64,000 nt of DNA. Origin: an uncultured delta proteobacterium. Lineage in GTDB: Bacteria; Myxococcota_A; UBA9160; UBA4427. Numbering within the stretch: position 1 is the first letter of the stretch; each line of letters begins with the position of its first letter. Both the position numbers and the translations under genes were made by a program. Below, in pieces: positions 31,832 to 46,307 of the stretch. Location: the NCBI GenBank assembly GCA_963822965.1, contig CAWGJT010000005.1, positions 320,001 to 384,000 of the forward strand. The letters are read 5' to 3'. The notes beneath the pieces are model-generated. The model ran no database searches, was not told the origin of the DNA, and saw nothing but the letters and a program-made list of their open reading frames with translations.

Positions 31832-32320
31832 ATGTTCGACAGCCAGCTGGTCATGCTCGAGGACGACTTCCGCAAGGTCGCGGCGGTCAGCGATCGTCTC
31901 GTTCGCGACGCCAACGCGAAGGGCGTCTTCGTCGTCGACAAGGCCGGCCAGCTCGTCGCCGAGGCGGGCGAGATGCGCGGCATCGACAGCACCAGCCTCG
32001 CCTCCCTCACCGCCGGCTGCATCGCCGCGACGGGCGGCCTGGCCAAGATCGTGGGCGAGGAGGAGTTCCCGATCCACTTCCACCAGGGCCAGCGCGACAA
32101 CCTCCACATCACGCTGGTGGGCGGGCGCATGATCCTGGTCGTCGTCTTCGACGAGCGCAGCTCCCTCGGCCTGGTCCGGCTGCGGGTCAAGAAGGCCGGG
32201 GCGGAGCTGGCACGCGTCTTCGAGGAGATCGAGAAGAAGTCCGAACAGCAGGCGGCGTCCGGCGCGAGCCCGTTCGCCGAGATCACCGACGACGACATCG
32301 ACAACCTGTTCAGCGACTGA
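31832..32320 (+). CDS. mglB: gliding motility roadblock/GAP protein MglB
   Basis: DANAKGVFVVDK.GQL, DSTSLASLTAG, SSLGLVRLRVKKA and EITDDDIDNLF. Confidence 0.95.
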   Translation: MFDSQLVMLEDDFRKVAAVSDRLVRDANAKGVFVVDKAGQLVAEAGEMRGIDSTSLASLTAGCIAATGGLAKIVGEEEFPIHFHQGQRDNLHITLVGGRMILVVVFDERSSLGLVRLRVKKAGAELARVFEEIEKKSEQQAASGASPFAEITDDDIDNLFSD

Positions 32321-32366
32321 GCGATCGCTGAGACAACACCTCACGGAAACCGGCTGACTCCGACCG

Positions 32367-32954
<588 letters not shown>

Positions 32955-33082
32955 GCGCGGGCGCACGCCCCTCTCGCGCCGTCGCTACGCCCGTTCGCCG
33001 ACCGGATCCACCCGCGTGCACCTCGCGGACTCGCCCTTCGTCCCGCTGGCGCTCCCGTCCGGTTCGTCCTTAGAATGGCGGC

Positions 33083-33905
33083 ATGCCGTTCGCGAACGTC
33101 TCCGGGCGCAAGACCTGGTACGAGGTCCACGGACCGCAGGACGAGGTCTCGGGCGGCCCGCCCCTGGTGCTGATGAACGGCGTCGGCGGATCGTGCCGCG
33201 GCTGGCTGCCGCTGCAGGTGCCCGAGCTGTCGAAGACGCGACGGGTCGATCGTCTTCGACCACCGCGGCGTCGGGCAGAGCGAGGACCCCGGCGGCGCCT
33301 TCTCGACCGCCGACCTCGCCGACGACGCGGCCGCGCTGCTGGACGCCCTCGAGATCCGGGACGCCGACGTGCTCGGCGCCTTCATGGGGGGCATGGCCGC
33401 GCAGGAGCTGGCGCTTCGCCACCCGGCGCGCGTGCGCCGCCTGGTGCTGGTGGGGACCTACGCGAAGCCCGACGCCAAGCGCCGGATGCTCCTCGAGGAC
33501 TGGGCGGCGTTGGCGCGGGCCGGCGTTCCGATGGACGGCATGATCCGCAAGCGGCTCGTCTGGACGCTCTCGGACGAGACCCTCGAGCAGACGGATCTCA
33601 TCGAGACGATGCTCGACTTCTTCGTGAAGGAGGACACGCCGGTCGGGAGCGAGCTCTTCGGACGCCAATGCGAGGCGTGCCTGCGGCACGACACGTCGGA
33701 CCGCCTGGCGGAGATCCGCCAGCCGACCCTGATCCTGTGCGGCCGCCAGGACCAGCTGACGCCGCCGAAGCTGCACCGCGAGCTCTCCGAGGGGATCCCG
33801 GGCAGCCGCCTGGTGGTCATCGACTTCGGCGCGCACCTGGTGATGGCCGAGTCGGCGGTGCGCTTCAACCAGGTGGTGCAGCAGTTCCTGGACGAGCGCG
33901 ACTGA
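33083..33905 (+). CDS. alpha/beta hydrolase (enol-lactonase-like), frameshift near 33248
   Basis: FDHRGVG, GAFMGG at the nucleophile elbow, GRQDQLTP and AHL. Confidence 0.8.
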
Positions 33906-34619
33906 CGCGCCGAGCGCGCGGCCCGCACGTCGCACGGTTCGCAGCCGCAGGCGCGGAAGGGTGCTCCGCAGCACGGGGCTCTCGCGCAGGGCGGCCCGGA
34001 GGGTCGCCGCATCCGGCAGCGCCCGGCCCGCGGCGAAGATGCGGTTGTCGTAGTCCTCCACGTCGATGGAGACGACGGACGGGAAGCGGGCGGCCAGGGC
34101 CCGCGCGACGTCGGGGGCTTCGTCGAGGGTGTTGCAGACCAGCACGCCGTCCGGTGCCAGCCGTCGCGCCGCCAGCTCGAGCCCCGGCCGGGGAATCCAG
34201 TCGGGCTTGTGGACCGCGTCGCCACAGCCGACGAAGACGTCCTCGAGCACGGCGTCGTAGCGCCCGGCGTCCGCGCGCAGGAAGCCGAGCGCGTCCCCCT
34301 GCACCACCTCCACGCCGAGCTCGTCCAGATCGAGGTACCGTCGCGCGGCGGCGATCACCTCGCGGTCGAGCTCCACGCCGACGATGCGCGCCGCCGGCGC
34401 CAGCGCGCGCACGATGCGCGCCGCACTGCCGCCCCCCAGGCCCAGCACGAGAACGTTGCGCCGGCGACCCACGGGAAGGCTCAGCAGAGGCGCGGCGATG
34501 GCGTCCCACACCGAGCCCGTCGTGACCGACCCCGGCCGGTAGAACGACGCGAAGGTGCCGTCGACGATGAGCTCCCGCCCCGCGCGACCGCCCTGCACGT
34601 GAACGCGCCGGCTCTGCAT
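33865..34619 (-). CDS. spermidine-synthase-like SAM-dependent protein; 3' end uncertain
   Basis: VLVLGLGGGS, VELD, GDALGFL, YDAVLEDVF and GVLVCN. No in-frame stop near the expected end. Confidence 0.75.
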
Positions 34620-34740
34620 CGGTCTCCTCCCTCCGTCTCCGTCGGCTCTCGTCCGTCTCCGTCGGCTTTCTTCGGTCGGCTTTCTTGGCCTCGGGGGCCA
34701 CCGCCTTTCCGGCGAGCAGCGACCGCATACAATTGCGCCC

Positions 34741-37242
34741 ATGCAGGCCCCGCTCTTCCAGGACGAGACGCACGACGAGGCCATCGGCCCGCGCGTGCTC
34801 GTCCGGATCGCCCTGCCCGTGCCGATCGACTCCCTGTTCGACTACGTCGTGCCCGAGGCGATGGTCGAGAATGCCCGACCCGGCCATCGCGCGCTCGTGC
34901 CGTTTGCGGGGCGACGGCTCACCGGCGTGATCGTCGAGCGGCTCGAGGCCGCGCCGGCGGGAGACGCGCGCCGGCTGGCGCGGGTCGAGCGCCTGGTGGA
35001 CGACGAGCCGGTGGTCTCGCCGGCGATGATCGAGCTGCTCCTCCGGGCGGCGCACGATCGGCTGTGCCCCGTGGGCCTGGCGCTCAACCACGCGCTGCCG
35101 CCGGGCTCCGCGCCCCGCATCGCCCATCGTCTCGGGCTGACCGAGCGCGGCCGCCGGGCGCTCGCGGACGGCGTCGCGAGCGACCCCGCGCGCCGGGTGC
35201 TGGAAGCGCTGCGCGAAGGCCCCCTGACCCCCGCCACCCTGGCCCGGCGGCTCTCCGGGCAGGATCCCCCGGTTCGCGAGCTCACCCGCGACGGCCTCGT
35301 CGCGAAGCTGCAGGTGGAGACGGGACCTGGCGCCCGCGAGGCCCGGGAGCGGGTGGCGTTGCTGGCGCCGGGGCTCGACCTGGAGGCCACCTGCTCGGGT
35401 CCCCTCGCCCGGGCCCCGAAGCAGGCCGAGCTGCTGCGTCGCGTCGCGCGCGAGGGCGAGGTCGCCACCCGGGAGCTCAGCGCGGAGACCGCCACGGCGA
35501 CGGCGTTGCTGCGCACCCTCGAGCGCCGGGGCTTCGTCCAGCTGCGCGAGCGAATCGCACCCCGGGACGTGCTCGGCCCGCCGACCGCCCGGGACGAGCA
35601 GCTCCCCCTCACCCCCGAGCAGGCCGACGCCCTGCAGGCGATCGAGGAGGCGATGGCCGCGGGCCGGGCCCAGCGCTTCCTGCTCCACGGCGTGACCGGC
35701 AGCGGCAAGACCGAGGTGTACCTGCGCGCCGTGGACCGCGCACTGCGCGACGGCCGCCAGGCCCTCGTGCTCGTCCCCGAGATCACCCTCACCCATCAGA
35801 TCGTCGCCCGCCTGCGCGCCCGCTTCGGCGACGATCTCGCCGTGCTGCACAGCGGCCTGCGACCCGGCGAGCGTCTCGAGCAGTGGCAGCGCCTTCGCCG
35901 GGGCGAGGTGTCCATCGCCGTGGGGGCGCGCAGCGCGCTCTTCGCTCCCATCGAGCGGCTGGGCGTGATCGTCGTCGACGAGGAGCACGACCCCGCCTAC
36001 AAGAACGAGGAGGGCTTTCGCTACCACGCGCGCGATCTCGCCCTGCGCCGGGCGCGGCTCGCCGGATGTCCGGTCGTGCTCGGAACGGCCACGCCCGCCC
36101 TCGAAACCCGCTACGAGGCCGAGCAGGGGGAGATCCGGCGCCTGGTCCTGAGCCGCCGCATCGGTGGCCGCCCGCTGCCGGCCGTCGAGATGGTGGATCT
36201 CGTGGCCGAGCGCGCGAAGGCGCCGCGTGGGCGCAAGCTGATCCTCGCCGGCCCCCTGCGCCGGGCCATGCGGGAGACGCTCGCCGCCGGTGGCCAGACC
36301 ATCCTCTTCCTCAACCGCCGCGGATTCTCCACCCAGGTCTACTGCTTCGACTGCGGCTTCGCCGAGCGCTGCAAGGACTGCGACGTCGCGCTCGTCTACC
36401 ACGCGGGCGAGAACCGCCTCCGCTGCCACTACTGCGACCACGGCAAGCCGCCGCCGGCGGTGTGCGGCGGCTGCGGATCGCCGGACACGGCGCTGCTCGG
36501 GCTGGGAACCGAGCGCGTGGAGGAGGAGGTGCGAACGCTCTTCCCCGCCGCACGGATCGCGCGCCTCGACCGCGACACCGCCCAGCGGCGCGGCCACACG
36601 GAGAGCGTGCTGCGAGCCCTGCGGGAGCGGGAGGTCGACGTGCTGATCGGCACGCAGATGGTCGCCAAGGGTCACGACTTCCCGGGCGTGCAGCTCGTGG
36701 GCGTCGTCGCCGCCGACCTCGGGCTGCACATGCCGGACTTCCGGGCGGCCGAGCGCACCTTCCAGGTCCTGACCCAGGTGGCCGGCCGGGCGGGACGCGC
36801 CGGAACGCCCGGGCCGCGTCGTGCTGCAGACCTTCGTGCCGGACCACTACGCGATCCGCCCCGTGCGCGACCACGACTACGAGAGCTTCTACCGCGAAGA
36901 GCTCGAGCAGCGTGCGCAGGTGGGCTACCCGCCGTTCACGCGCCTGTGCCAGGTGCTCGTCTCCGGTCCCGACGAGGGCGCGACCCGCGACGCCGCCTGC
37001 GCACTCGCGGCCGTCGCCGGCGCCGGCCTGCCGGGCGCCACCGGGACGGGGGGCGTGGAGGTGCTGGGCCCGGCGCCCGCCCCGCTCGCCCGGCTGCGCG
37101 GCCGCTACCGCTTCCAGCTGCTGCTCAAGAGCGCCGACCTGCCGTTCTCGAGCCGCTCGCCCGGCGCATCGCGGAGCGGGCCACCGCGCTCCCCAAGCCG
37201 CTCCGCGCCGTCGTGGACGTGGACCCGGGGAGCATGCTTTAG
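34741..37242 (+). CDS. priA: primosomal protein N' (frameshifts near 36810 and 37145)
   Basis: GVTGSGKTEVY, DEEHD, LNRRGF, two Zn-finger clusters, GTQMVAKGHDF, QVAGRAGR, GPAPAPL and DVDP. Confidence 0.95.
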   Translation: MQAPLFQDETHDEAIGPRVLVRIALPVPIDSLFDYVVPEAMVENARPGHRALVPFAGRRLTGVIVERLEAAPAGDARRLARVERLVDDEPVVSPAMIELLLRAAHDRLCPVGLALNHALPPGSAPRIAHRLGLTERGRRALADGVASDPARRVLEALREGPLTPATLARRLSGQDPPVRELTRDGLVAKLQVETGPGAREARERVALLAPGLDLEATCSGPLARAPKQAELLRRVAREGEVATRELSAETATATALLRTLERRGFVQLRERIAPRDVLGPPTARDEQLPLTPEQADALQAIEEAMAAGRAQRFLLHGVTGSGKTEVYLRAVDRALRDGRQALVLVPEITLTHQIVARLRARFGDDLAVLHSGLRPGERLEQWQRLRRGEVSIAVGARSALFAPIERLGVIVVDEEHDPAYKNEEGFRYHARDLALRRARLAGCPVVLGTATPALETRYEAEQGEIRRLVLSRRIGGRPLPAVEMVDLVAERAKAPRGRKLILAGPLRRAMRETLAAGGQTILFLNRRGFSTQVYCFDCGFAERCKDCDVALVYHAGENRLRCHYCDHGKPPPAVCGGCGSPDTALLGLGTERVEEEVRTLFPAARIARLDRDTAQRRGHTESVLRALREREVDVLIGTQMVAKGHDFPGVQLVGVVAADLGLHMPDFRAAERTFQVLTQVAGRAGRAGTPGPRRAADLRAGPLRDPPRARPRLRELLPRRARAACAGGLPAVHAPVPGARLRSRRGRDPRRRLRTRGRRRRRPAGRHRDGGRGGAGPGARPARPAARPLPLPAAAQERRPAVLEPLARRIAERATALPKPLRAVVDVDPGSML

Positions 37243-37323
37243 GCGAGCCGCCGAACGCGTTACCCTCGGCCGGGCCCCGCCCCGAAGCCTCGACGCGACG
37301 CGCGGCATCCCAACCGGAGTTCC

Positions 37324-37860
37324 ATGGCCCCGCTGCAAGTCCTGCAATTTCCCGATCCCCGCCTGAAGCTCGTGAGCGAGCCGGTGCCGGCCGTCGACGA
37401 CGCCCTGCGCACCCTCGCCGCGGAGATGCTCCAGGTGATGTACGACGAGCCGGGCATCGGGCTGGCCGCGCCCCAGGTGGGCCACGCCATCCGGCTCGTG
37501 GTGATGGACACGGACTGGAGCGAGGAGGGGGCGGCGCGCAACCCCGCCGTCATCGTGAACCCCGAGATCCTGAGCCGGGAGGGGCGGATCACCTGGACCG
37601 AGGGCTGCCTCTCGGTGCCCGACTTCAACGCCGACGTGGAGCGCTCCGAGCACATCGTGGTCCGCTACCAGGACCTCGACGGCCAGGAGGTGACCGAGGA
37701 CGTGACGGGCCTGCGCGCGGTCTGCTTCCAGCACGAGATCGACCACCTCGACGGCATCCTCTTCATCGACCGCATCAGCCGACTGAAGCGCAGCCTCTAC
37801 GTCAAGCGCCGCCGCAAGCAGCTGCGCGAGGAAGAGGAGCCCGCGAGCCTCGGTGGCTGA
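37324..37860 (+). CDS. def: peptide deformylase
   Basis: GIGLAAPQVG, EGCLSVP and QHEIDHLDG. Confidence 0.97.
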   Translation: MAPLQVLQFPDPRLKLVSEPVPAVDDALRTLAAEMLQVMYDEPGIGLAAPQVGHAIRLVVMDTDWSEEGAARNPAVIVNPEILSREGRITWTEGCLSVPDFNADVERSEHIVVRYQDLDGQEVTEDVTGLRAVCFQHEIDHLDGILFIDRISRLKRSLYVKRRRKQLREEEEPASLGG

Positions 37861-37872
37861 GCCCCGAACGCC

Positions 37873-40487
<2,615 letters not shown>

Positions 40488-40491
<4 letters not shown>

Positions 40492-41157
40492 GCGCCCGAG
40501 CGCCGCGCATCGCGCCGTCGATCCTGTCCGCGGACTTCGGACGCCTGGCCGAGGAGGTGCCGGCGATCGAGGAGGCGGGGGCCGACTGGGTGCACGTCGA
40601 CGTCATGGACGGCCACTTCGTGCCGAACATCACCATCGGCCCGGTCGTGGTGGAGGCGGTTCGTCGCGCCACCGCGCCTGCCCCTGGACGTGCACCTGAT
40701 GATCGTGGAGCCCGAGCGCTACGTGGAGGACTTCCGCGCCGCGGGAGCCGACGTGATCGGCGTCCACGTCGAGACCTGCCCGCACCTGCACCGCACCCTG
40801 GCGCAGATCCGCGAGAGCGGCGCCCGCGCCAGCGTGGTGCTGAATCCTTCCACGCCCGCGATCGCCATCGAGCCCGTGATCGGCGACGTCGACCAGGTGC
40901 TGGTGATGACCGTGAACCCGGGCTTCGGAGGCCAGCGCTTCATCCACTCGATGCTGCCGAAGATCGAGCAGATCCGCGGCTGGATCGACGCGCGGGGTCT
41001 CGACGTCGATCTCGAGGTCGACGGCGGCGTCAGCACGGAGACCATCCTGGCCGCCGCCGCGGCCGGCGCCGACGTGTTCGTGGCCGGCACGGCGGTGTTC
41101 GGGGCCGACGACTACGGCGAGGCCATTGCCGCCCTGCGCGACAAGGCCGGGCGCTGA
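40488..41157 (+). CDS. rpe: ribulose-phosphate 3-epimerase (frameshift near 40678)
   Basis: [40 protein letters not shown] and EVDGG. Confidence 0.95.
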
Positions 41158-41173
41158 CGCTGCGCTCGGTCGT

Positions 41174-41277
41174 GACTGGGTTACTGCCCAATGGGGATTC
41201 GTCGACTCGCTGGCGTGTCTCCCCTCACGAGTCGGACTGGGTTGCTGCCCATGGGGATTCGTCGACTCGCTGGCGTG
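41174..41277 (+). repeat. direct duplication of ~43 bp (period ~60 bp) covering the start codon of the next gene
   Basis: GACTGGGTT(A/G)CTGCCC(A)ATGGGGATTCGTCGACTCGCTGGCGTG at 41174 and 41235. Confidence 0.9.
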
Positions 41278-42102
41278 GTGCTGGCGGTCGCTTCCGCGGT
41301 CGTGGTCGCGCGGGGCGCTGCCGCGGACGATCTCGGTCCCGGGTCTCTCGGCGCCGATCCCCGGGCGACGATGACCGGCCGCGAGATCTACCAGCGCGTC
41401 CTCGACAACAGCTTCCGATCCTTCATCCAGGAATCGAGCCTCGTCTCCGGCGACCGCGGCGGAAACGCCCAGGAGAGCCGCTTCAAGATGTGGTTCGAGG
41501 ACCTGAGCGACCCGAACCACGAGCAGCCCAAGGGCACCGTCGTGGCTCGCAGCCTCGTGCAGTACACGCACCCCTTCGACATCCGCCATTCGGGCTATCT
41601 CGTCCTGTCGAGACTCGACGCGATGAACGACCAGTTCGTCTACCTCTCGAGCCAACGCCGGGTCAAGCGCGTCAACCTGCGCGGCGAGGCGGTCTTCGGC
41701 ACCGACTTCAGCTTCGAGGACATCCTGCCCCGCCAGATCGAGGACGCGGTCTACACCCGGCTCGCGGACGCCGAGACCGAAGGGATCCCCTGCTTCGTGG
41801 TCGAGGCCGTCCCCAAGCCCGACACGAACTCGGAGTACTCCCGCCTCCAGGTCTACGTCGACAAGGACCGCTACGTGCCGGTGCTGACCCGCTACTGGGA
41901 CGACCGCGAGGTGGAGGTAAAGGAGCTTCGCGCCGAGCCCTCGCAGATCGAGCACGTCGACGGCGTGTGGGTGCCGAAGAAGCTCACCATGCGCCACCTC
42001 CGCCTCGACTCCTACACCACCCTGCAGATCCGCGAGCTCGAGGCCAACCCCGACCTGCCCAAGACCACCTTCGAGCTGCGCCGCCTGGAGGGCGGGCGCT
42101 AG
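41251..42102 (+). CDS. outer-membrane lipoprotein-sorting (LolA-like) protein
   Basis: Signal peptide, [29 protein letters not shown] and WVP motifs. Confidence 0.82.
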   Translation: MGIRRLAGVVLAVASAVVVARGAAADDLGPGSLGADPRATMTGREIYQRVLDNSFRSFIQESSLVSGDRGGNAQESRFKMWFEDLSDPNHEQPKGTVVARSLVQYTHPFDIRHSGYLVLSRLDAMNDQFVYLSSQRRVKRVNLRGEAVFGTDFSFEDILPRQIEDAVYTRLADAETEGIPCFVVEAVPKPDTNSEYSRLQVYVDKDRYVPVLTRYWDDREVEVKELRAEPSQIEHVDGVWVPKKLTMRHLRLDSYTTLQIRELEANPDLPKTTFELRRLEGGR

Positions 42103-42152
42103 GGGTTGCCTCCAGGACGAGGTCCTGGGTCGCGGTTACCGCCGTCTTCGCC

Positions 42153-44549
42153 TCAGAGCTTCGCGCGCACCAGGATCGCCGGCAGCAGGATCAGGTCGCT
42201 GCACAGGCAGATCACCATGGTGAGCGCGGAGAGCAGCCCGAACTCCCGCAGGGTGGCGAAGTTCGAGAGCGTCACCATCAGGAAGCCCAGGGAGATCACC
42301 ACGGACGTGATGACGATGGGCCGGCCGACGAAGCGCGTGGTGCGGAGCGCCGCGGCGCGCGGGTCGGCGCCCAGCCTCCGCTCCGCGCGGTAGCGCACCA
42401 CGTAGTGCACCGTGTCGTCGATGGCGATGCCGAGGGCCATGCACCCGATCAGGCTCGTGGGCAGCGAGAGCGGCGCCGCGCCCATCCCCAGGATTCCGAA
42501 GTAGATGAGCACGGGGACGAGGTTGGGCACCATCGCCACGGCGCCGATGCCGAACGAGCGCAGCCCCAGGGACACCAGCAGGAAGATCGAGATGGCCGCG
42601 ATGGCGACGCTCACCGGCTGCCCCTTGGCGATGCCGTCGGCGCTGCGGGCGAGCAGGATGGCGTTGCCCGTGACCCGGGCCGTGACGCCGTCCGGCAGGT
42701 CGACCTGCGCGATCTCGGCGTCGATGGCGTTCGTGAGGCGCAGGATATCCGAGGAGCCCACCTCGCCCGTTCGGACGATCACGTTCGCGCGGCCGTGGTT
42801 CACGGTGGTGAAGCGCTGCAGCTCGTTCTTCGGAATCATGAAGAGGAGCTCGGTCACCCCGGGCCGGGTGTCGGGAATGCGCTCGTAGGCCGGATCGTCC
42901 TTGTTGAAGGCCCGGTTCAGCATGCGCATGGAGTCGGCGAAGGAGAGCGTCCGCCCCACCCCTTCGACGCCGTCGATCCGGCGCTGGATCTCCTCCATGG
43001 CGCGCACCACCGCGGGCTCCCGGAAGGTTCCGGGCTCGGGCGCGTCGAGCACCACGTAGATCGGCACGGCGCCCGCGAGCCTCGCATTCACCGCCTCGAA
43101 GTCCACGCGGACGGGATCGCGCTCGTCGAAGTAGGAGAGGTAGTCGGTGTCGATCACGATTCGCGGCACGAGCAGCGCGGCGACCACCGTCACGACGCCG
43201 AAGCCGACCAGCACGGGAGTGGCCGACGACGAGACCCGTCCGGCGAGCGCCGTCAGGTGGTCGTCGAGCCAGCTTCCCAGACGGCCCGAGACACGCGCTC
43301 GAGGCGTGGAGCGCAGGGGCAGCAGCGCCAGGGTGGCGGGCGCGCCGACCAGGCAGCCCACGGTGATGGCCGCGATCCCCAGCATGGAGAAGGCGCCGAG
43401 CTCGAACACCGCAGGCACGTCGGTGACCAGCAGGGCCGCGAAGCCCAGGATCGTGGTGAGCCCGGCGATCGTCACGGGCACGAACATGTGGCGCAGGCAG
43501 GCGAGCGACGCGTGCCGCGAGTCGGCCTCGCGAGCGGCCTCCTCCTGGTAGCGCGCCAGCATGTGCACCCCGTAGATGCTGCCGATGGCCAGCAGCATGG
43601 GACCGACGAGGCCCGTCAGCAGGGTGAGCGAGTGCCCCAGGAAGGCCATGGAGCCGAAGGTCCAGAGCACCGAGGAGAGGGCGACGGCCAGGGGCAGCAG
43701 CACCCCGCGCAGGCTGCCCGACGTGAACCACAGCATCACCATCATCGCGAGGATGCTGAGAGGCAGCACGAACCCCAGGTCGCGGACCATGCCGTCGTAG
43801 ACGTGCGTCTTGAAGTGCGGCCGACCGGAGACGAAGTAGTCGTGGCCCCGCAGCGCCGGCTCCTCGTCGAGGATCTGGATGATGCGGTCGTCGAGCCGCG
43901 CGTCGATCAGCTCGGCGTCGGTCATCTTGCGGAAGTTGATGTTGATGGCGGCGGTGCGTCCGTCGGCGGACACGATGGAGCGGACGTACACCGGATCCGC
44001 GAGGGCGCGCCGGCGCAGCTCCGCCAGCTCGGCCGGGTCCGTGGGCACGTCCTCGATGAAGGGCCGCACCTCGACCCAGTCGTCGGCCGCCACGTAGCGG
44101 AAGGACGTGACGTCCATCAGGCTGCTGATGGACCGGACCTCCGGCATCTGGGCGATCTTCGTGGAGACCCGGTCGATGGCTTCGAGGCATTCGGTCGTGA
44201 AGACCTCGTCGCAGCCGATGGCCACCACGTAGACCTCGTCGTCCCCGAAGTCGAGAACCGCGCTGTGGTAGAGATCCTGGCCCGGATCACCCGCGGGCAG
44301 GAGGGGCTCGGTGGACGGGTCGAGGACGAGGTTCAGGCCCGGGGGATCGACGCGAAAGAGGCTGACCCCGGCGGCGACGGAGACGATCGTCAGCAGCGCC
44401 AGCACGCTGCGGGGACGGTCCACGATCCATTCCGGCCGGCGGGAGGCCACGACGAGCGCGAGGACCACGACCCCGGTGACGGCCGCTGCGAACGCCCACT
44501 CCAGGCCGACCCCGGACTGCAGGGACGCGAGACCGGTCGTCTCTCCCAA
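42153..44549 (-). CDS. MMPL/RND-superfamily exporter
   Basis: Two-repeat TM topology with [22 protein letters not shown] and DLILLPA. Confidence 0.9.
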   Translation of the reverse strand: MGETTGLASLQSGVGLEWAFAAAVTGVVVLALVVASRRPEWIVDRPRSVLALLTIVSVAAGVSLFRVDPPGLNLVLDPSTEPLLPAGDPGQDLYHSAVLDFGDDEVYVVAIGCDEVFTTECLEAIDRVSTKIAQMPEVRSISSLMDVTSFRYVAADDWVEVRPFIEDVPTDPAELAELRRRALADPVYVRSIVSADGRTAAININFRKMTDAELIDARLDDRIIQILDEEPALRGHDYFVSGRPHFKTHVYDGMVRDLGFVLPLSILAMMVMLWFTSGSLRGVLLPLAVALSSVLWTFGSMAFLGHSLTLLTGLVGPMLLAIGSIYGVHMLARYQEEAAREADSRHASLACLRHMFVPVTIAGLTTILGFAALLVTDVPAVFELGAFSMLGIAAITVGCLVGAPATLALLPLRSTPRARVSGRLGSWLDDHLTALAGRVSSSATPVLVGFGVVTVVAALLVPRIVIDTDYLSYFDERDPVRVDFEAVNARLAGAVPIYVVLDAPEPGTFREPAVVRAMEEIQRRIDGVEGVGRTLSFADSMRMLNRAFNKDDPAYERIPDTRPGVTELLFMIPKNELQRFTTVNHGRANVIVRTGEVGSSDILRLTNAIDAEIAQVDLPDGVTARVTGNAILLARSADGIAKGQPVSVAIAAISIFLLVSLGLRSFGIGAVAMVPNLVPVLIYFGILGMGAAPLSLPTSLIGCMALGIAIDDTVHYVVRYRAERRLGADPRAAALRTTRFVGRPIVITSVVISLGFLMVTLSNFATLREFGLLSALTMVICLCSDLILLPAILVRAKL

Positions 44550-44723
44550 TGCACCTCCCTCGCGAGTCGGAGACGACCCGGGGCCCCCTCCGGTTCCGTA
44601 GACCGGCCGGCTCCCGCATCGCGGGAGGCCCGATGGTACGCGGATCCGGACCCGCCTGCGCGACGGACCGCCGCCCGGAGGGCCCCCGCTGCCGGCCCCG
44701 CAGCCCCACCCGCCGGCCCCAGC

Positions 44724-44752
44724 TTGAGCCCGCCCCGAATAGGCGCCATACT
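44724..44752 (+). promoter_or_regulatory. sigma70-type promoter of tRNA-Pro
   Basis: TTGAGC-17 bp-CATACT, 12 bp upstream of the tRNA. Confidence 0.6.
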
Positions 44753-44764
44753 CGGCCGCCGTGT

Positions 44765-44841
<77 letters not shown>

Positions 44842-44844
44842 TTA

Positions 44845-45020
44845 CCGCGATTCGGGCCGCAGGCCCGAATCGCTGGGCCGCAGGCGCTTTTTCCGCGATT
44901 CGGGCCGCAGGCCCGAATCGCTGGGCCGCGGGCGCTTTCCTTTCGCGGCTCGGCCTTCGGCCCGAATTACTTCGCCGCGGGCGCCCGCGATTCCGAGCCT
45001 TGGCCCCGAATCGCTTCGCC
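44845..45020 (+). repeat. REP-like palindromic tandem repeats behind tRNA-Pro (2 near-perfect 48-bp units plus 2 degenerate)
   Basis: Each unit holds the hairpin GCGATTCGGGCC-GCA-GGCCCGAATCGC. Units start at 44845, 44893, ~44943 and ~44985. Confidence 0.85.
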
Positions 45021-45033
45021 TCGGGTGACTCGG

Positions 45034-45423
45034 CTACAGGCGCGCGACGATGGCGTCGAGGATTCGCTCTGCGGCGTCGTCGTCGATCCAGCCGACTCGC
45101 ACGCTGATGCGGGTCTCGCCGGACTTCCTGACGTTCACCAGGATCTCGACCCGGTCCTTCTGGGCCGTGAGCCCCTCCACGTGGCCGTCGACCGCGGTGG
45201 CGGCGTGCTCCTTCACCTGGATGTCCATGTTCGTCAGCGCCGCCCGAGCCGCATCGACCACCTTGCGCGGATCGGCGTCGACGTCCCGGCGGGCGGCGCC
45301 GTAGTACCAGGCGGCGCCCGCGCCGGCGCCCGCGCCGGCCACGAAGAGCAGACAGCCCTGGAGCGGGACCGTCAGTGAGGCCAGAGCCAGTGTCACGACC
45401 AGGGAGCGAGCGCTTCGACGCAT
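45034..45423 (-). CDS. putative lipoprotein (DUF3568-like)
   Basis: Lipobox LQGC followed by AGAGAGAG; C-terminal TRISVRVG...AERILDAI. Confidence 0.7.
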   Translation of the reverse strand: MRRSARSLVVTLALASLTVPLQGCLLFVAGAGAGAGAAWYYGAARRDVDADPRKVVDAARAALTNMDIQVKEHAATAVDGHVEGLTAQKDRVEILVNVRKSGETRISVRVGWIDDDAAERILDAIVARL

Positions 45424-45551
45424 GGTGCCGCCACGATAGCTCGTCGATGCGCGCCAACGCCCCTTCTCGCCAATCCATCGCCGACACCCGTCCACGCGCG
45501 ATGCTTCGAGGTATCCTCCCGCCCCTCACAACGACTCGGGAGACGACTTCG

Positions 45552-46307
45552 ATGCGACTCGACGGAAAGGTGGCGCTGGTGACGGGCGGCTCTCGCGGCA
45601 TCGGCAAGGGGATCGCGCGCGCGTTCGCGGAGGCGGGCGCTCGCGTGATGATCACGTCCCGCAACGCGGACAGCTGTGAAGCCGCGGCGAAGGAGCTGGG
45701 CGACGCGGTCGACTTCGAGCCGGGTCACATCGGTCGCAGCGAAGACGCCGAGCGCGTGGTCGACGCCACCCTGAGTCGCCTCGGGCGTCTCGACATCCTG
45801 GTGAACAACGCCGCCACGAATCCCTACGCGGGACCCACCATCGACGTGGACCGGCCGCGCTGGGACAAGACCCTCGAGATCAACCTCACGGCACCCCTGT
45901 TCTGGACCCAGCTCGCCTGGCGACGCAGCCTGAAGGAGAACGGCGGCGCGGTGATCCACATCTCGAGCGTCGGCGGACTCTCGACGAATCCCATTCTCGG
46001 CGTCTACGACGTCACGAAGGCCGCGCTCATCCATCTCACGAAGCAGCTCGCCGCCGAGCTCGCGCCGAAGGTGCGGGTCAACGCGATCGCACCCGGCCTC
46101 ATTCGCACGGACTTCGCGCGCGCGCTGTGGGAGGGCGACAAGGGCGAGCAGGTGGCCCGCACGTACCCGCTCGAGCGGCTGGGCGAGCCCGAGGACGTGG
46201 GAGCGGCTGCGCTCTACCTGGCCGACGACGCGTCCAGCGGCTGGGTCACCGGCCAGACCCTCGTCCTGGACGGAGGCGGCCTGGTGGGCTTCAGCCGCGT
46301 CGGCTGA
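45552..46307 (+). CDS. SDR oxidoreductase (DHRS4-like)
   Basis: VTGGSRGIG, NNAATNP, YDVTK and APGLIRTDFARALW. Confidence 0.92.
   Translation: MRLDGKVALVTGGSRGIGKGIARAFAEAGARVMITSRNADSCEAAAKELGDAVDFEPGHIGRSEDAERVVDATLSRLGRLDILVNNAATNPYAGPTIDVDRPRWDKTLEINLTAPLFWTQLAWRRSLKENGGAVIHISSVGGLSTNPILGVYDVTKAALIHLTKQLAAELAPKVRVNAIAPGLIRTDFARALWEGDKGEQVARTYPLERLGEPEDVGAAALYLADDASSGWVTGQTLVLDGGGLVGFSRVG

Noticed and set aside
32985..33905. genuine ~900-bp antisense overlap of the spermidine-synthase-like gene with the hydrolase
   Set aside because: The extension is the typical antisense shadow of the hydrolase; a missed stop caused by an indel is more likely in this error-rich segment.
44845..45020. mini-CRISPR or prophage att site at tRNA-Pro
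   Set aside because: The inter-hairpin sequence is also repeated, the unit is not a copy of the tRNA 3' end, and there is no integrase.
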